In this document: piece after piece, positions 1 to 12,449 of the stretch
Layout of the letters: every line of letters starts with the position of its first letter
How positions within the stretch are numbered: position 1 is the first letter of the stretch
NCBI GenBank assembly: GCA_951406725.2
Contig: OX597824.1
Span: 32,488,001-32,552,000, forward strand
Origin: Octopus vulgaris
Taxonomy: Eukaryota
Reading direction: 5' to 3'
Length of the DNA: 64,000 nucleotides
Program-made: the position numbers and the translations under genes
Notes under the pieces: model-generated
Database searches by the model: none
Told to the model about the DNA's origin: nothing
Seen by the model: only the letters and a program-made list of their open reading frames with translations

Positions 1-437
1 TTTCAGCACAAGCATCTTGCTACAGAATAAAATATTTGGGTGGCATTAAATCACTGGAGTCAATAAGGCACAATTCATAAAATTATCTTATCGTTTATCT
101 TTTACTTGTTTTAGTCATTGGACTGCGGGCATGCTGGGGCATCACCTTAGAGGGTCTAGTCAAGTAAATCGATCTCAATATATGCTATTTTTTAAAGTCT
201 GGTACCTATTCTATCAGTCTGTTTTGTCAAACTGCTAGGTTATGAGGATGTATACAAACCAACACTAGTCGTCAAGTTATGGTGGTGGAACAAATGCAGA
301 CACATGCATGCACACACATACACACATGTGTCTACTATAGCAAGTGTCTTCTACTATAGCCTCGGGCTAACCAAAGCCTTGTGAGTGGATTCGATAGACG
401 GAAACTGAAAGAAGGCCATCGATGATGATGATGATGA

Positions 438-515
<78 letters not shown>

Positions 516-887
516 ATATATGTTTGTGTGTCTGTGTTTGTCCCCCAACATCACTTAACAACCGATGCTGGTGTGTTTATGTCCCTGTAACTTAGCGGTT
601 CGGCAAAAGAGACCAATAGAATAAGTACTAGGCTTGCAAAGAATAAGTCCTGGGATCGATTTGCTCGACTAAAGGTGGTGCTCCAGCATGGCTGCAGTCA
701 AATGACTGAAACAAGTAAAAGAGTAGAGTAATGAAACAAAAAGTACCAACACATCAACTTTTAAAGTGACATTCTCTAAACTTTTGAATTCCTGCAATTG
801 GCACCAACGAAATATGAACATGGCAAAACATATTTGTTTACCTGCCTTAAGCTTGTAGTTGAATTCAAACAGTTATCATGTCCTTAC

Positions 888-1095
888 CTTACTTTGTACA
901 GCACTAGGATCACTTTCACTTGGAGCACCAGCAATTGATGTTCTGTTACCAGCTGCTTGTTCAGATGCTGCTGCTTGTTGATGCTGTTGTGCTTTGTTAA
1001 GTGTGTTTACCATAAGCTGCATAACTGTCTCATGTACGCATAAAGCACGCATCAAATCAGGATGCTGGAAAAATACTTTGTTGTCCATGAGTTCC
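888..1095 (-). CDS. RyR: RyR exon, bridging solenoid/RIH region: [32 protein letters not shown]...AVQSK
   Basis: TTCAG acceptor; donor AAG|GTAAGG with exon end at 888 (a second GTAAGG lies 5 nt upstream); 208 nt, phase 2-0. Confidence 0.93.
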
Positions 1096-1363
1096 CTGAA
1101 GAAATGAAATAAAATAAAACAAAACATTGACAGAATTATCATTTTCTTTTTGTATAACTAAGTTTATTCCATGCTTCAACAATTCTGAGCATGAATAAAA
1201 TGCTTCTGAAAGTCATGGATGCTGCAATGTAAATTAAACTAGTTTTTTTTCTCTTTGGAAAATACCTTGGAAACATGCTTTATTATTTTTATAATTAAAA
1301 ATTGTTTTTTCATTCCCCTTACATTGTATTTTAAAACAAATGTCAAAATTTGATATTACTTAC

Positions 1364-1512
1364 TTGAGGCTTGTTTTCATGGACTCTTCCTCATCAACGG
1401 CCACTTGGACCAAAAGCAAAGAACGGATGTGTCCTAAAGCTTTTAATAATTCGTTGATGTCTTCTATACTAAAATTACTGATTACATAAGCTTTCTCCAA
1501 AGCAGAAAGTAA
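1364..1512 (-). CDS. RyR: RyR exon: LLSALEKAYVISNFSIEDINELLKALGHIRSLLLVQVAVDEEESMKTSL(K)
   Basis: TTTCAG acceptor, GTAAGT donor, 149 nt, phase 0-2. Confidence 0.95.
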
Positions 1513-1691
1513 CTGAAATAAAAACAAAAATAATCAAATGAAAATGAAATTTTTTGAAATAAAGAAATTAAGATTTAAAAATTCTTAAGTTGATCATGTA
1601 TTAATTATCATTTATCATTTCTGTATATTTAAAAAATTACATTCTCATAAACATGACAAGTGTAATAAAAATGTTGAGGGTATTTTCTTTG

Positions 1692-1742
<51 letters not shown>

Positions 1743-1754
1743 ATTATTATTAAG

Positions 1755-2400
1755 TGAGAGAGGAGTGCATACCATCAAAGTGACACTTAGGTAAAATATA
1801 CGAAGCCCAGTATACTAAGATAAACAGCACATGACCTTGCAGGCGGGGCCCTGTTAGAATTTTCTTTGGGGCAAGCCCATCCTGCTCAAAAGGTCCCTGA
1901 ATAAGGGTTGTTTAAGGATGTTGAATGAAACACCCATGTTTCCAGAGGTGAAATGTTCAAACCTCCAAAGAATTCTTCTCAACACATAGCTATGATGCTC
2001 CCCCACTACTTCTGTTCGTGATCAGAGATGCACATATGTCTTGGTCTGTACTCTACAGTTACTAAAACCTTACACCCAGAGATTAAGTGGTCAACTGTTT
2101 CTATCCCATCGTTGCAGTATCAGCACTTTGGGTCTACACCATTTTTCATCCCATTGGCGTGATAGTTCTGGGTCAATAAGCTCTGATCTTGAGTAGTCAA
2201 GATAAAGCCTTCACTCTCTGCCTTTAGCCCTGAGCTCCATAGCCATTAACGACTGTTCTTCTGGTCTACATCTGCTTGTTTGCTATGGGCCACATATTTG
2301 CCATGCAAAGGTTTTTATTCCCACCTATCAGCCAATCGTATTCTTTGAGCATTTGCTTGGACTTTTTGTTGCAGTATTCCTTTTGCTGAAAGCAGTTCTT
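1755..2400 (-). mobile_element. Degenerate R4/Dong-like (RLE-type) non-LTR retrotransposon 3' fragment
   Basis: Minus strand reads KPLHGKY...GLKAESEGFILTTQDQSL...PKC..CNDGIETVDHLISGC (CCHC knuckle) with stops; abuts a (TAA)n tract at 1692-1752. Confidence 0.75.
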
Positions 2401-2696
2401 CTCTTGGTGATAGTCTATGTTTTCTCTTCATCTTTCTTCCTTTTCTAGTTTTTACATTGTTTCCACAGATTAGTTAATTCAATATTGATATTCATCTCCC
2501 TTTATTTCAATTATTATTATTATTTATTTATTTATTTATTTTATCGTTTCTTTTAATTTTCCTTCAGACATGCTTTGCCTTCAAATCATTTTGCTTACGA
2601 ACCCTGCATGACAATAATAATCTTCCCTCAAATTAACAAGACGAGAAATTAGAAACGTAATTTGGAAATTATAAAAAATACAGAAATTCCACTTAC

Positions 2697-2821
2697 TTCT
2701 GCAACGCCATTATACTGTCTGTGAAGTAGACTAAACATTTCTCTGACCAGGTTCTGGTCAGAGAGGAATGTTTCTTCTCCCCACCGAACCATTGTTTGGG
2801 CAATAAGTTTTTGTAGAGAAT
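2697..2821 (-). CDS. RyR: RyR exon: (D)SLQKLIAQTMVRWGEETFLSDQNLVREMFSLLHRQYNGVAE
   Basis: TTCTAG acceptor, GTAAGT donor, 125 nt, phase 1-0. Confidence 0.96.
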
Positions 2822-3766
2822 CTAGAAATAAAGTCATAGAAAAGGAATTGAATACCAAAATATGAAAGCATGCCAAAATTGATCAGCATTGATCACAATC
2901 ACTCAGAAGTAGACGTTATCTCAATATACAGCAAGTGTTTTAGATAGCAATATTTGGAGATGTCATTGGATAATTATAATAATTTATTCCTGTGATCTGA
3001 CTTGATTGAAATGAATTACCAATTGAAAGTCTATAGTTCCAGAATTAAGAAAGCTTAAGTGGTTATGTACAGAGACAGAACTTTGTTAATGTATTTGTCA
3101 AAAGAATCTTTGATAATAAGCCACATAATTAACATTGTAAGTAGATAAATATATAATTTCAAATAACCAAACAAAATCATTGAGAAAGGATCTGATTGAT
3201 AAACTAAGTATAAAAATTGCATGTAACTTAGGCACAGGGCTGCAAATCTGGGGATGGTGAGGGGCACAGTCACCAGTGCCTGACTGGCATGTATTTTGTT
3301 GACCCTAAAAGAATGAAAGGCAAAGTTGACTGCAGTGGTATTTGATCTCAGAACATAAACATTTGTAAATACCTCAATACATTTTCTTCAATGCTCTATT
3401 AGTTCTGTGAATCTGTAGCCTAAACTTAATATAATGGTTTTAGATTTTAGCACAAGGCCAGCAATATTTGGAGAGGGGGAAAAGTCGATTAGATCAACCT
3501 CCAGTGCTCAACTGGTACTCATTTTATTGACCTTGAAAAGACGGAAGGCAAAGATGACCCAGCAGTATTTGAATGCAGAGCATGAAGATGGATGAAATAC
3601 TGCTAAGCACTTTACCTGGTGTGCTAACGATTCTGCCAGCTTGATGCCTTGCCTAACTAAATATAATAACGTATAATTATATTCATAATGAATTTTAAAA
3701 AAATAATTTAATTTAATTTAAAATTTGTTAAACATAATCAAATGATCAATTAATAAAATATGGACT

Positions 3767-4105
3767 GGGGAAACCCCCTTTGGTCATGAATGATCATGGG
3801 ATTTCACCTAGAAAGTTACCCTCCGAGGTACAAGTCCGGGCAAGATTATTTATGGAAGACCAGCAGTCACCCATGCATACCAGCTTCCCCTCTCCACGCC
3901 ACCAGTGTTATCCAAGGGAAAGGCAACAGCAGATACAGCTTGGCACCAGTCATGTCGCAACTCATTTCTACAGCTGAGTGAACTGGAGCAACGTGAAATA
4001 AAGTGTCTTGCTCAAGAACACAACATGCAGCTCAGTCCAGGAATCGAACTCAGAACCTCACGATCGTGAGCTCGATGTTCTAACCCCTGAGCCATGTGCC
4101 TTCAC
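3767..4105 (-). mobile_element. tRNA-derived SINE (related copies at about 4551-4790, 12981-13278, 52941-53270)
   Basis: Four similar dispersed copies; minus-strand head has pol III A/B-box-like GGCTCAGGGGTTAG and GAGTTCGATTCC. Confidence 0.8.
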
Positions 4106-4977
4106 AAAATATGGACTAATTGATTAGTAATTACGGAGTAAGTGAAAGTATGTGGCCAAGTAGTTCTGGTGTTGCATTTATGATTGTAAAATTGTGGTTT
4201 TAATTCCTGAACCAGGCAGTGCATCATGTTCTTGAGCAAAATACTTCATTTCACATTACTCCAGTCCACTCAGCTGTAAATGGGTTCCATCAATAGTTGC
4301 AAAGTTAACCCTGCAATGGACTGGCATCCCACCATTTAGTGGGGGTAATATTGTAATCTCAGTCACTTATACACCACAGTGTATATAACTTTTAGACATT
4401 TACTTTAGTTGGACTTTTAATTCACTGGAAAGTTTTTGGTTGAAATTATAATTGACTGAATGTGCTTTATTCTTTTTTACTCATCCCATTGAGTAATCTA
4501 GCTCCAGTTGACACGTAAACTTAGATGAATAAATTAATAAAATATGAACTGGGGAGACCCCCTTCGGTCATGAATGACCATGGGATTACACCTAGAAAGT
4601 TACCCTCCGAGGTACAAGTCTGGGCAAGATTGTTTATGGAACGCCAGCAGTCGCCCATGCATACCAACCTCCCCTCTCAACACCACTGATGTTATCCAAG
4701 GGAAATGCAAAGGCCGATACAACTTGGCAGCAGTGATGTTGCAACTCATTTCTACAGTTGAGTTAACTGGGGTAACGTGAAATAGTGTCTTCACACACAC
4801 ACATGCACATTACCAAACATCTCTCTCTGTGGAACTGAACCCAAATTGATGGAATATAATTTTTGTCTTTGATATCAAATGCCACTTCAAACAACATCAC
4901 TGAAATTATAAACTAATTGAATGTTTCAGAACCAAAGCATTCATAATATTACAGAACAAATAAAATAATATCTATAC

Positions 4978-5251
4978 CATTTTTGGTTTCTTCGTCAGAT
5001 GATTTTTCTTTGATTTCTTCTTCTTTTTTAACCCTCCAGATCAAGCTTTTTAATTTTTCTTTCATCGATTTCGGCGAGTCATCTAACTGCTCAGTTTCAT
5101 TTGCTTCAGGTTGTTTTTGCAAAGTTGGCATTTCACAATGAATCATTAAAGTTTGATGGTAATTCAAAAGAGACTCTCGAAAATCTTCTCGGCATGCACA
5201 AATGTCTTCATCAAATTCTTCTTCAGATTTGAATTTAAGAAGATTCTTCAT
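4978..5251 (-). CDS. RyR: RyR exon: MKNLLKFKSEEEFDEDICACREDFRESLLNYHQTLMIHC...SSDEETKN
   Basis: CTTAG acceptor, GTATAG donor, 274 nt, phase 0-1. Confidence 0.93.
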
Positions 5252-6197
5252 CTAAGAATGGGAAAAATTAAAAACAAATTTTAATATTTAGAAACATTTC
5301 TGAAATATTTTCCAAAGGAAAAATTGGTAAATTAAACATATATAGTACTGTGTTTGATGGTGTAAAAAATGCATGAGCATGATAGATGTATACTAATTTT
5401 AGTAGAGTATATTTAGGAGAAAATTGCTTTTGATATGCTAAAACATGTAATCGAGGCCAACTTCTCATATAGGATGTGGAGAGACTTTTTGAGAAATTTT
5501 CTTGGAAAATAAGTGCATCTTACATACTATCAAATACAGTAATTTCATACATTAAAATGCATCAAATTGCTTTTCAGAAAAACAACAAATATTCAAATTG
5601 CATAGAATTCCTATTTGATTCTTTGAATTAATATTTTCTTTGTGGTTATAGATTTTATGAGTGTTATTGTATGCTACTGGATCAAAAGGGTTTGCTGAGG
5701 ACAACCTTCTGAAGTGGTTTATTGACAATCATCATTGTCATTTTAACATCCACTTTTCTATTCTTGCAAGGGGTAGATAGAATTTGTTGAAGTAGATTTT
5801 CTACAGCTGGATGCTCTTTCGGTTGCCAACTTTCACCTGTTTCTAAGCAAGGTAATATTTTCCCATGGCCAGATATGTTTTTCATGGAAGAGTGGAAGCA
5901 AGCAACCTTGCTTGAATGACAATGATGTTCATTTATAGACATCACATGATGTCTACACAAGGGTACACACTAATACCCCACCCCCCACACACACATGCAC
6001 ATTACCAAACATCTCTCACAGTGGAACTGAACCCAAGATCACTTGGTTGGGAAGTAAGCTTCTCAACTACTGAGCTATACCTGTTTTTCTTAAAGAGTTT
6101 ACAGTAGGATAATCTTTTTAATTAATGGAAAACATTATATTTTGATTGATGTAAAACTAGGACTACTTATTGCTGAAGACAAGTTAACAAGAAGGTC

Positions 6198-6245
<48 letters not shown>

Positions 6246-6423
6246 TAATACATGCAATTTCTGTTTATAAATTTTTCTTACAAGACTTGACTCTATGGTA
6301 GAAAACCTAAACCCAAAGAGTCGTGCCTAGAACTCAAACCTAGAACTTCCTATGTGAGTAAGTAAATATATATACATGTAAATATAAAACTTATTACTTG
6401 CAAATAATGATGAAATTCTATAC

Positions 6424-6522
6424 CTGTTGTTGTGGTGGACATCGAAATTCCCTGGTTTTCTTAGCAGTAACAGCAGAAGGAAGATCTGATTGTTTGATGG
6501 TATTGTAACGACGCAACTGGTC
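6424..6522 (-). CDS. RyR: RyR exon: [33 protein letters not shown]
   Basis: TTCCAG acceptor, GTATAG donor, 99 nt, phase 0-0. Confidence 0.96.
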
Positions 6523-6839
6523 CTGGAAACGGAAATATTGGAAGCATTCAGATATCAAAGTCATGAAGTGTTTTGTTATTTCATAATTGAAGCACAAAAA
6601 TGTTTCCAATAAAAATGAAGGAGCCTCTATATCTAGTTCTCAAACATTTTTTTACCCATAGACTCCCTTGATTCCAATTTAATTTGAGTGGACCCTCATA
6701 GCCATTTGATGCTTATAGACTCAGCCAGAGTCTATAGTAGAAGACACTTGCCCCAGGTGCTACTTAAAGGGACTAACCTGAAAATATGTGTTTGGGAAGC
6801 AATCTTCTTAACCACACTGCCACACCTTATCAGATTCAT

Positions 6840-7164
6840 GCGTGAGGGCGCGTGGCTGAGTGGTTAGGGCATTCGGCTCATGATCGTAAGGTTGTGAGTT
6901 CGATTCCCGGCGACGCGTTGTGTCCTTGAGCAAGACACTTTATTTCACGTTGCTCCAGTCCACTCAGCTGGCAAAAATGAGTTGTACTTGTATTTCAAAG
7001 GGTCAGCCTTGTCACTCTCTGTGTCACGCTGATTATCCCCGAGAACTACGTTAAGGGTACACGTGTCTGTGGAATGCTCAGCCATTTGCACGTTAATTTC
7101 ACGAGCAAGCTGTTCCGTTGATCGTATCAGCTGGGACCCTCGTCGTCGTAACCGGCGGAGTCTT
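6840..7164 (+). mobile_element. Young full-length tRNA-derived SINE with 13-bp target-site duplication
   Basis: A box TGGCTGAGTGG, B box GAGTTCGATTCCC; TTATCAGATTCAT duplicated at 6827-6839 and 7165-7177; older copies at about 21038-21355 and 58151-58320. Confidence 0.88.
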
Positions 7165-7394
7165 TTATCAGATTCATCCCACCCCCCTAGGACATCGTAA
7201 TAATGTCCATCACATAGAGATACAAGAAAACCGGATGATCCTTGTGGGTCTTAAGTAGGGCTCACTGTTGCATGCATTTCTAACAGGTCTTCAGGCTGAG
7301 AACTAATATCATGATGCTTAGCATTATCACTTAGGATTTTAGAATGAAAATAAAGAATTAAATAGAAAAAGATGAAAGCAAACAAATGACTTAC

Positions 7395-7493
7395 TGTTTG
7401 GCATTCTCCCACAAAGTGATCAGAAAATGCAACTATAGTTTCAACACGATGTCGCAACTGGTAGTCACATAAATGCTGCAGAATTCGACACAT
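7395..7493 (-). CDS. RyR: RyR exon: [33 protein letters not shown]
   Basis: AACAG acceptor, GTAAGT donor, 99 nt, phase 0-0. Confidence 0.96.
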
Positions 7494-8535
7494 CTGTTAA
7501 AGAATATTTATATCATATTATTAGCATCTTTATTTAAATTTAATTCAATAAAATTATATGTAGTAATTGTTTTTCATGCAGATGATGTCTTTGAGTTGTT
7601 TAAAATTTAAACAATATTGTTTCCATACACCAATAAATATACAGTCTTGCACACACACACATATATATATGCATGTACACATACACAAATGCATGCACAC
7701 ACACATACACACACATGCATGTACACATATATACATATATGCACATGCATATATATGGCAAATACAGGTATAGCTACTGAGCCACAAACACATGTACCCA
7801 AAATTGTCCTCTTATCTCCAGAGAATACGTCCATCTTTTTGTTTAATGACATGTCAACTTTAGAGAATTTTTGTTTCTTTTGATTACCTCCCCTTCTCAA
7901 GTGGATCTGGCCATAATTGCCATTTGGTAATTATGACACATCCTCTGGAAATGGTTTCAATAGATAAAGAATTTATGGTGTATGGTATTTGATGAATCTG
8001 TGTTTGTCTATGTTGTTTGAATACATGCCACTGGTGACTCTGAGTTATTTCTCTTAGCTCACTTTTTGCTTCTCTCTCTCTCTCTCTCTCTCAATATATA
8101 TATATATATATTATATGTAGAAAAATACAAACTGGGACAAGAACGTAAAACATTTAGAAGACGTTACAAAAAACACGGACGGGACATTCAAAGCCTTCAA
8201 TCTTCAGTCAAGAACCGGATCATCCTAGCAATTTCGGCTGATTAATCTTGAGATCGCTCCGATCCGGCCAGCCCCAAGGAAAAACTAAGCTACGAGCATT
8301 AGATTTCTTGGAAAAAGGATCGAATGTATACGAAACAGGGACAGAAAAATGGATGATGCCACACGAATATAAAATACAAAAAACAATAATGGTAAAAACA
8401 AGACAAAAACAGCGAGTGTCTTACGACTAATAGACAGTACAAATACACACATACATGCATACATACATTCACGCATACATACATACAGGCATACATACAT
8501 ACATTCACACATACATGCATACATACATACATACA

Positions 8536-8569
<34 letters not shown>

Positions 8570-9469
8570 CATACATACATATATATATATAAGTGTGTGT
8601 GTGTAGAATCAGCACTACTTAAGTAAGTGCTGGGAAGTGTTGTTTTAGCAAGAGGTCAAAAGAAGATCAAACTATGGTAAGAACTAGATGTGTGGGTGTG
8701 TGCATTAGATGAACGGAAAAAGCATTGATGTTTTTGGTCTGCAAAATTGTATCATCATCACCACCATCATTTAATGACCATTTTTATGCCAGCATGGAGG
8801 ACTGCATCAAGCTCCAAAGTCTGCTTTGGTATGGTTCCTAAGCCTGTTACATTCCCCAATGCCAAAGACTTTATAACAATTGGTTACCTCTTGTCTCCTT
8901 CAGCTTGCACCTTTATCACACTTTAGCCTTTCAACACCAGGCATAGACCTGGCCACACATCTCCCCCTCTCCCAAATGTTCCTCTTAGTAGTGGGAACTT
9001 TTCCCAATCTCTTTCTTCCAAGATACATGGTAACCACATTAGTGCTGGTGGCACAAGATAAACACCTAGTACACACCGTAAACTCTGTAAAGTGGTTGGC
9101 ATTAGGAAGGGCACCCAGCCATAGAGACCATGCCAAAAATGACATTGGAACTCAACGGATCCCTGGAGTTCACTGGTTCCCTGTCAAACCATCCAGCATA
9201 GAAAGTGGACGTTAAATAATGACAATGATGATGACACCACTGCCGCTGATGATGATGATGATGATGATGATAAATTCATTAGTGCCAATAATATATGAAA
9301 TAATAAAAAATTAAACTCACGAAATTAAGAACATAAAGAACATATATACAGGCATAAATATTTTTTTATACCTGGACTAGTTACGTTAGTAATACTAAAA
9401 ATGAAAAAAAGTTATGTTCTGTAATATTCTCTTTTTATTGTTGTTTAGAATTATGTTCCTTATGCATAC

Positions 9470-9525
9470 CTCGACTTTGACTGGTTCTGCCAACTCCATA
9501 CTAAGTAAGCCATGTTTTACTGCAA
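9470..9525 (-). CDS. RyR: RyR exon: (V)AVKHGLLSMELAEPVKVE
   Basis: ATCAG acceptor, GTATGC donor, 56 nt, phase 1-0; GLL.M.L.E.VK motif. Confidence 0.93.
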
Positions 9526-9738
9526 CTGATCAAAATAAGGAAATATTAACAAGTGTTTCAATAAACATTTAAATATTAATTAAAAAAAGTTAATGAATTG
9601 TATTTGAAATCATAATTATAATTACGCCACAAACAGGGCTGTCATTAAGAAATTTGCTTTGCAGCCAAGGTGTATTGTATAATTAAGTGATAATTTTTTT
9701 TAGATAATTTCTAGGTTTATGAAATAACAGAAATTTAC

Positions 9739-9854
9739 CTCGTTCTCCATTAGGATCAAATGAAGCTGGATCAATGAGGCTTAGTAATATTAGGAGGTCA
9801 TCATCGTTTAATAATCCCATCAACAGAAGGTTGTCACAAACACGAAAGAGAGGA
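9739..9854 (-). CDS. RyR: RyR exon: PLFRVCDNLLLMGLLNDDDLLILLSLIDPASFDPNGER
   Basis: TTTTAG acceptor, GTAAAT donor, 116 nt, phase 2-1. Confidence 0.94.
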
Positions 9855-10454
9855 CTAAAAATATGAAGAGGAAAATATGTATAGGGAGATATTTTAATGA
9901 ATGAAATTTGGAAAAATGAAACAACTTAATTAATAAAATTTGGAAGAAAATGAAAACATTCAGAATAAATATTCTGTTAGTTTTACTTTAGTATATGTTT
10001 AAATATGGTAACTCTATAAATATCACTAGAATGACTCTAAATATTGGAACATTAAATATTGAAATAGCCATCTATGTAATATACTTAATGTATACACATT
10101 GATGTTATCTGTGGTGAATACCACAGTAACTGGCTAATCAGTTGTGTATATACATTATGTATAATATATAGATAGCTATTTGTATCATACTTTGACAGTG
10201 CTTCAGTAGCATAAAACAGATTAAATACTGAATTTATATATTTATATAGATGGGTTTGCCTGAATAGCTTTATATATCCCTGGGCAAAGCAATGCACTGG
10301 AGCCTATAACATTTATTTATTGACAGCAAATTGCAACATATGTAGATTAGTATCGAGCTCCTAGAACCCCTGAACAACTAGCAATGTGACTATGCCTTAA
10401 GATAACACTATGCACAGAAATAAAGGAAGCAAGAAGAATTACTGCAATACTCAC

Positions 10455-10604
10455 ACAAAAAGATTTTCATTGCTTCCACCAATTGGATCTCTGATATGAG
10501 AAGCACCTTTTACAACAGCTTCATTCAGGGAGTATATTACATGCTGTTTTAGTTTATCCATTGGATAATATGGACAGAGAGACTCTTTGGGGATAGTTTT
10601 TGCT
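10455..10604 (-). CDS. RyR: RyR exon: AKTIPKESLCPYYPMDKLKQHVIYSLNEAVVKGASHIRDPIGGSNENLF(V)
   Basis: TTTCAG acceptor, GTGAGT donor, 150 nt, phase 2-2. Confidence 0.95.
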
Positions 10605-11217
10605 CTGAAAATATGAAGCAAGAAATGAAAGAGGCCAGCTTTATTAGAGTAAATTTCATGAAAAAACAAAAACAAAACAACATTTTCAATGCCTATACAT
10701 ATGATGCTGAGTACCGAGTCACTGACAGACTAAACATTTATAATCTTTATATTGCTGATAAATGTAAAGGTATAATAAATATATACTGCATGTGGAGAGC
10801 TTCCAATAAAAATTATCAGTTTCTGTCTACCAAATCCACTCACAAGACACTTGCCCAAGGTGTCTTGCAGTGGGACTGAACCCAGAACCATGCAGTTGGT
10901 AAGCAGGCTACTTACCACACAGCCACTCCTGCGCCTGCTCATGAAATTAACATGCAAGTGACTGAGCATTCCACAGACTCATACACCCATAACATAGTTC
11001 TCAGGGAGACTCAGCATGACACAGAATGTGACAAGGCTGGCTCTTTGAATTACAGGTACAACTCATTATTGTCAGCTGAGTGGACTAGAGCAACAAGAAA
11101 TGAAGCATCTTGCTCAAGGTTACAATATACCATCAGGGAATGAACTCCTGACCTTATGATGATGAGCCAAGTACACTGGTTAGTAGAGGCTTGGATTATT
11201 ATGATATCAGCAAGGGG

Positions 11218-11660
11218 ATCATCATCATCATCATCATCATCGTTTAACGTCCGCTTTTCATGCTAGCATGGGTTGGACAATTTGACAGGTCTGGTGAACC
11301 AGATGGCTGCACTAGGCTCCAGTCTTGATCTGGCAGAGTTTCTACAGCTGGATGCCTTTCCTAACGCAAACCACCCCGAGAGTGTAGTGAATGCTTTTAC
11401 GTGCCAGTGGCACGAGGGCCAGTTAGGTGGTACTGGCAACGGCCACACTCAAATGGTGCTTTTTATGTGCCATCTGCACAGGAGCCAGTCCAGCGGCACT
11501 GGCAACGACCTCACTCAAATGTTTTCTTTCATGTGCCACCAGCACAAGTGCTAGTAAGGTGACGCAGGTAATGATCTAGTAAGGTGATGCAGGTAACGAT
11601 TGCTAGTAAGGTGACGCAGGTAACGATTGGCGATGCAGGTAACTATTGGTGACACAGGGA
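11218..11660 (-). mobile_element. SINE/LINE-tail family ending in (GAT)n (other copies at about 16114, 25597, 28292, 32870, 38425, 40800, 56378)
   Basis: Recurrent plus-strand block (CAT)n-TTTAACGTCCGCTTTCCATGCTAGCATGGGTTGGAC...CTACAGCTGGATGCCCTTCCTAA. Confidence 0.8.
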
Positions 11661-11824
11661 TGTGGGTGATTAAGTCAGAGACTTGTCAAAATCTCCGGTG
11701 TGGATTGGAGAACTACACTCTTTGATACTAGTACTGACACTGCAGCAAAAATTCCTCTCTCAAATAATATTGATGCTAATAAACCATTGATAAAGACTAC
11801 AGTCTCAACTGAAAAGTTACATAC

Positions 11825-12001
11825 CTGTCTTCAATTTCTTTCTCAGTAGTGTAAAGGCAAGGACGAATTGATACACTATCTTCCACTTTTGGTATAGTAT
11901 CACTTAATTTGACTGAAGCTGCCTCGACTGGTTTACGATATAAAGTTAAGGCTCTGGTTTTTTCACTGCGGGGTATGATGTATTCATTCTGAGTCATAAA
12001 C
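11825..12001 (-). CDS. RyR: RyR exon: FMTQNEYIIPRSEKTRALTLY...SVSIRPCLYTTEKEIED(R)
   Basis: CCCAG acceptor, GTATGT donor, 177 nt, phase 2-2. Confidence 0.93.
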
Positions 12002-12171
12002 CTGGGAAATTCATAAAAATATTATAATATATCACTTGAAATAAATCAAAAGTATAAAATGCGTAATTTTTGATAAAATGAAATATGTGAAGACTTATTC
12101 ATTAATAGAAGACTTATTTATTGATAAAATAAGCAAAGACTTTCTGTTGTGTCTGGGGAGAGTCATGTATG

Positions 12172-12229
<58 letters not shown>

Positions 12230-12240
12230 TATATTTATGT

Positions 12241-12449
12241 ATATTCTGTTTTGTCTGGGGAGAGTCATTTTCTTTTTGTGCCTTATAATGTAACACACTC
12301 ACTGGTAAAATTTCTACTTATTTCTTATTAAAAAAATTTTTTTTAAATAAAAAAATACAAAAAAGAAATAAGTGGGTATTTTACCAGTGAGTGTGTTAAA
12401 TTATAAGGCACAAAAAAGAAAATGACTCTCCCCAGACACAACAGAATAT
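12241..12449. repeat. Long inverted repeat (arms of about 85 bp)
   Basis: ATATTCTGTTTTGTCTGGGGAGAGTCATTTTCTTTTTGTGCCTTATAAT... pairs with ...ATTATAAGGCACAAAAAAGAAAATGACTCTCCCCAGACACAACAGAATAT. Confidence 0.9.

Noticed and set aside
6843-6920. tRNA-like sequence with A and B boxes
   Set aside because: It is the head of a SINE with a body and TSD; no convincing full cloverleaf is visible.
8200-8290. Hammerhead-like motif (CTCAAGA...GAAA) in a (TA)n-flanked repeat; also a stem followed by GAAA within the 23286-23555 palindrome
   Set aside because: The catalytic core CUGANGA is not matched and the three-stem geometry could not be built by eye.
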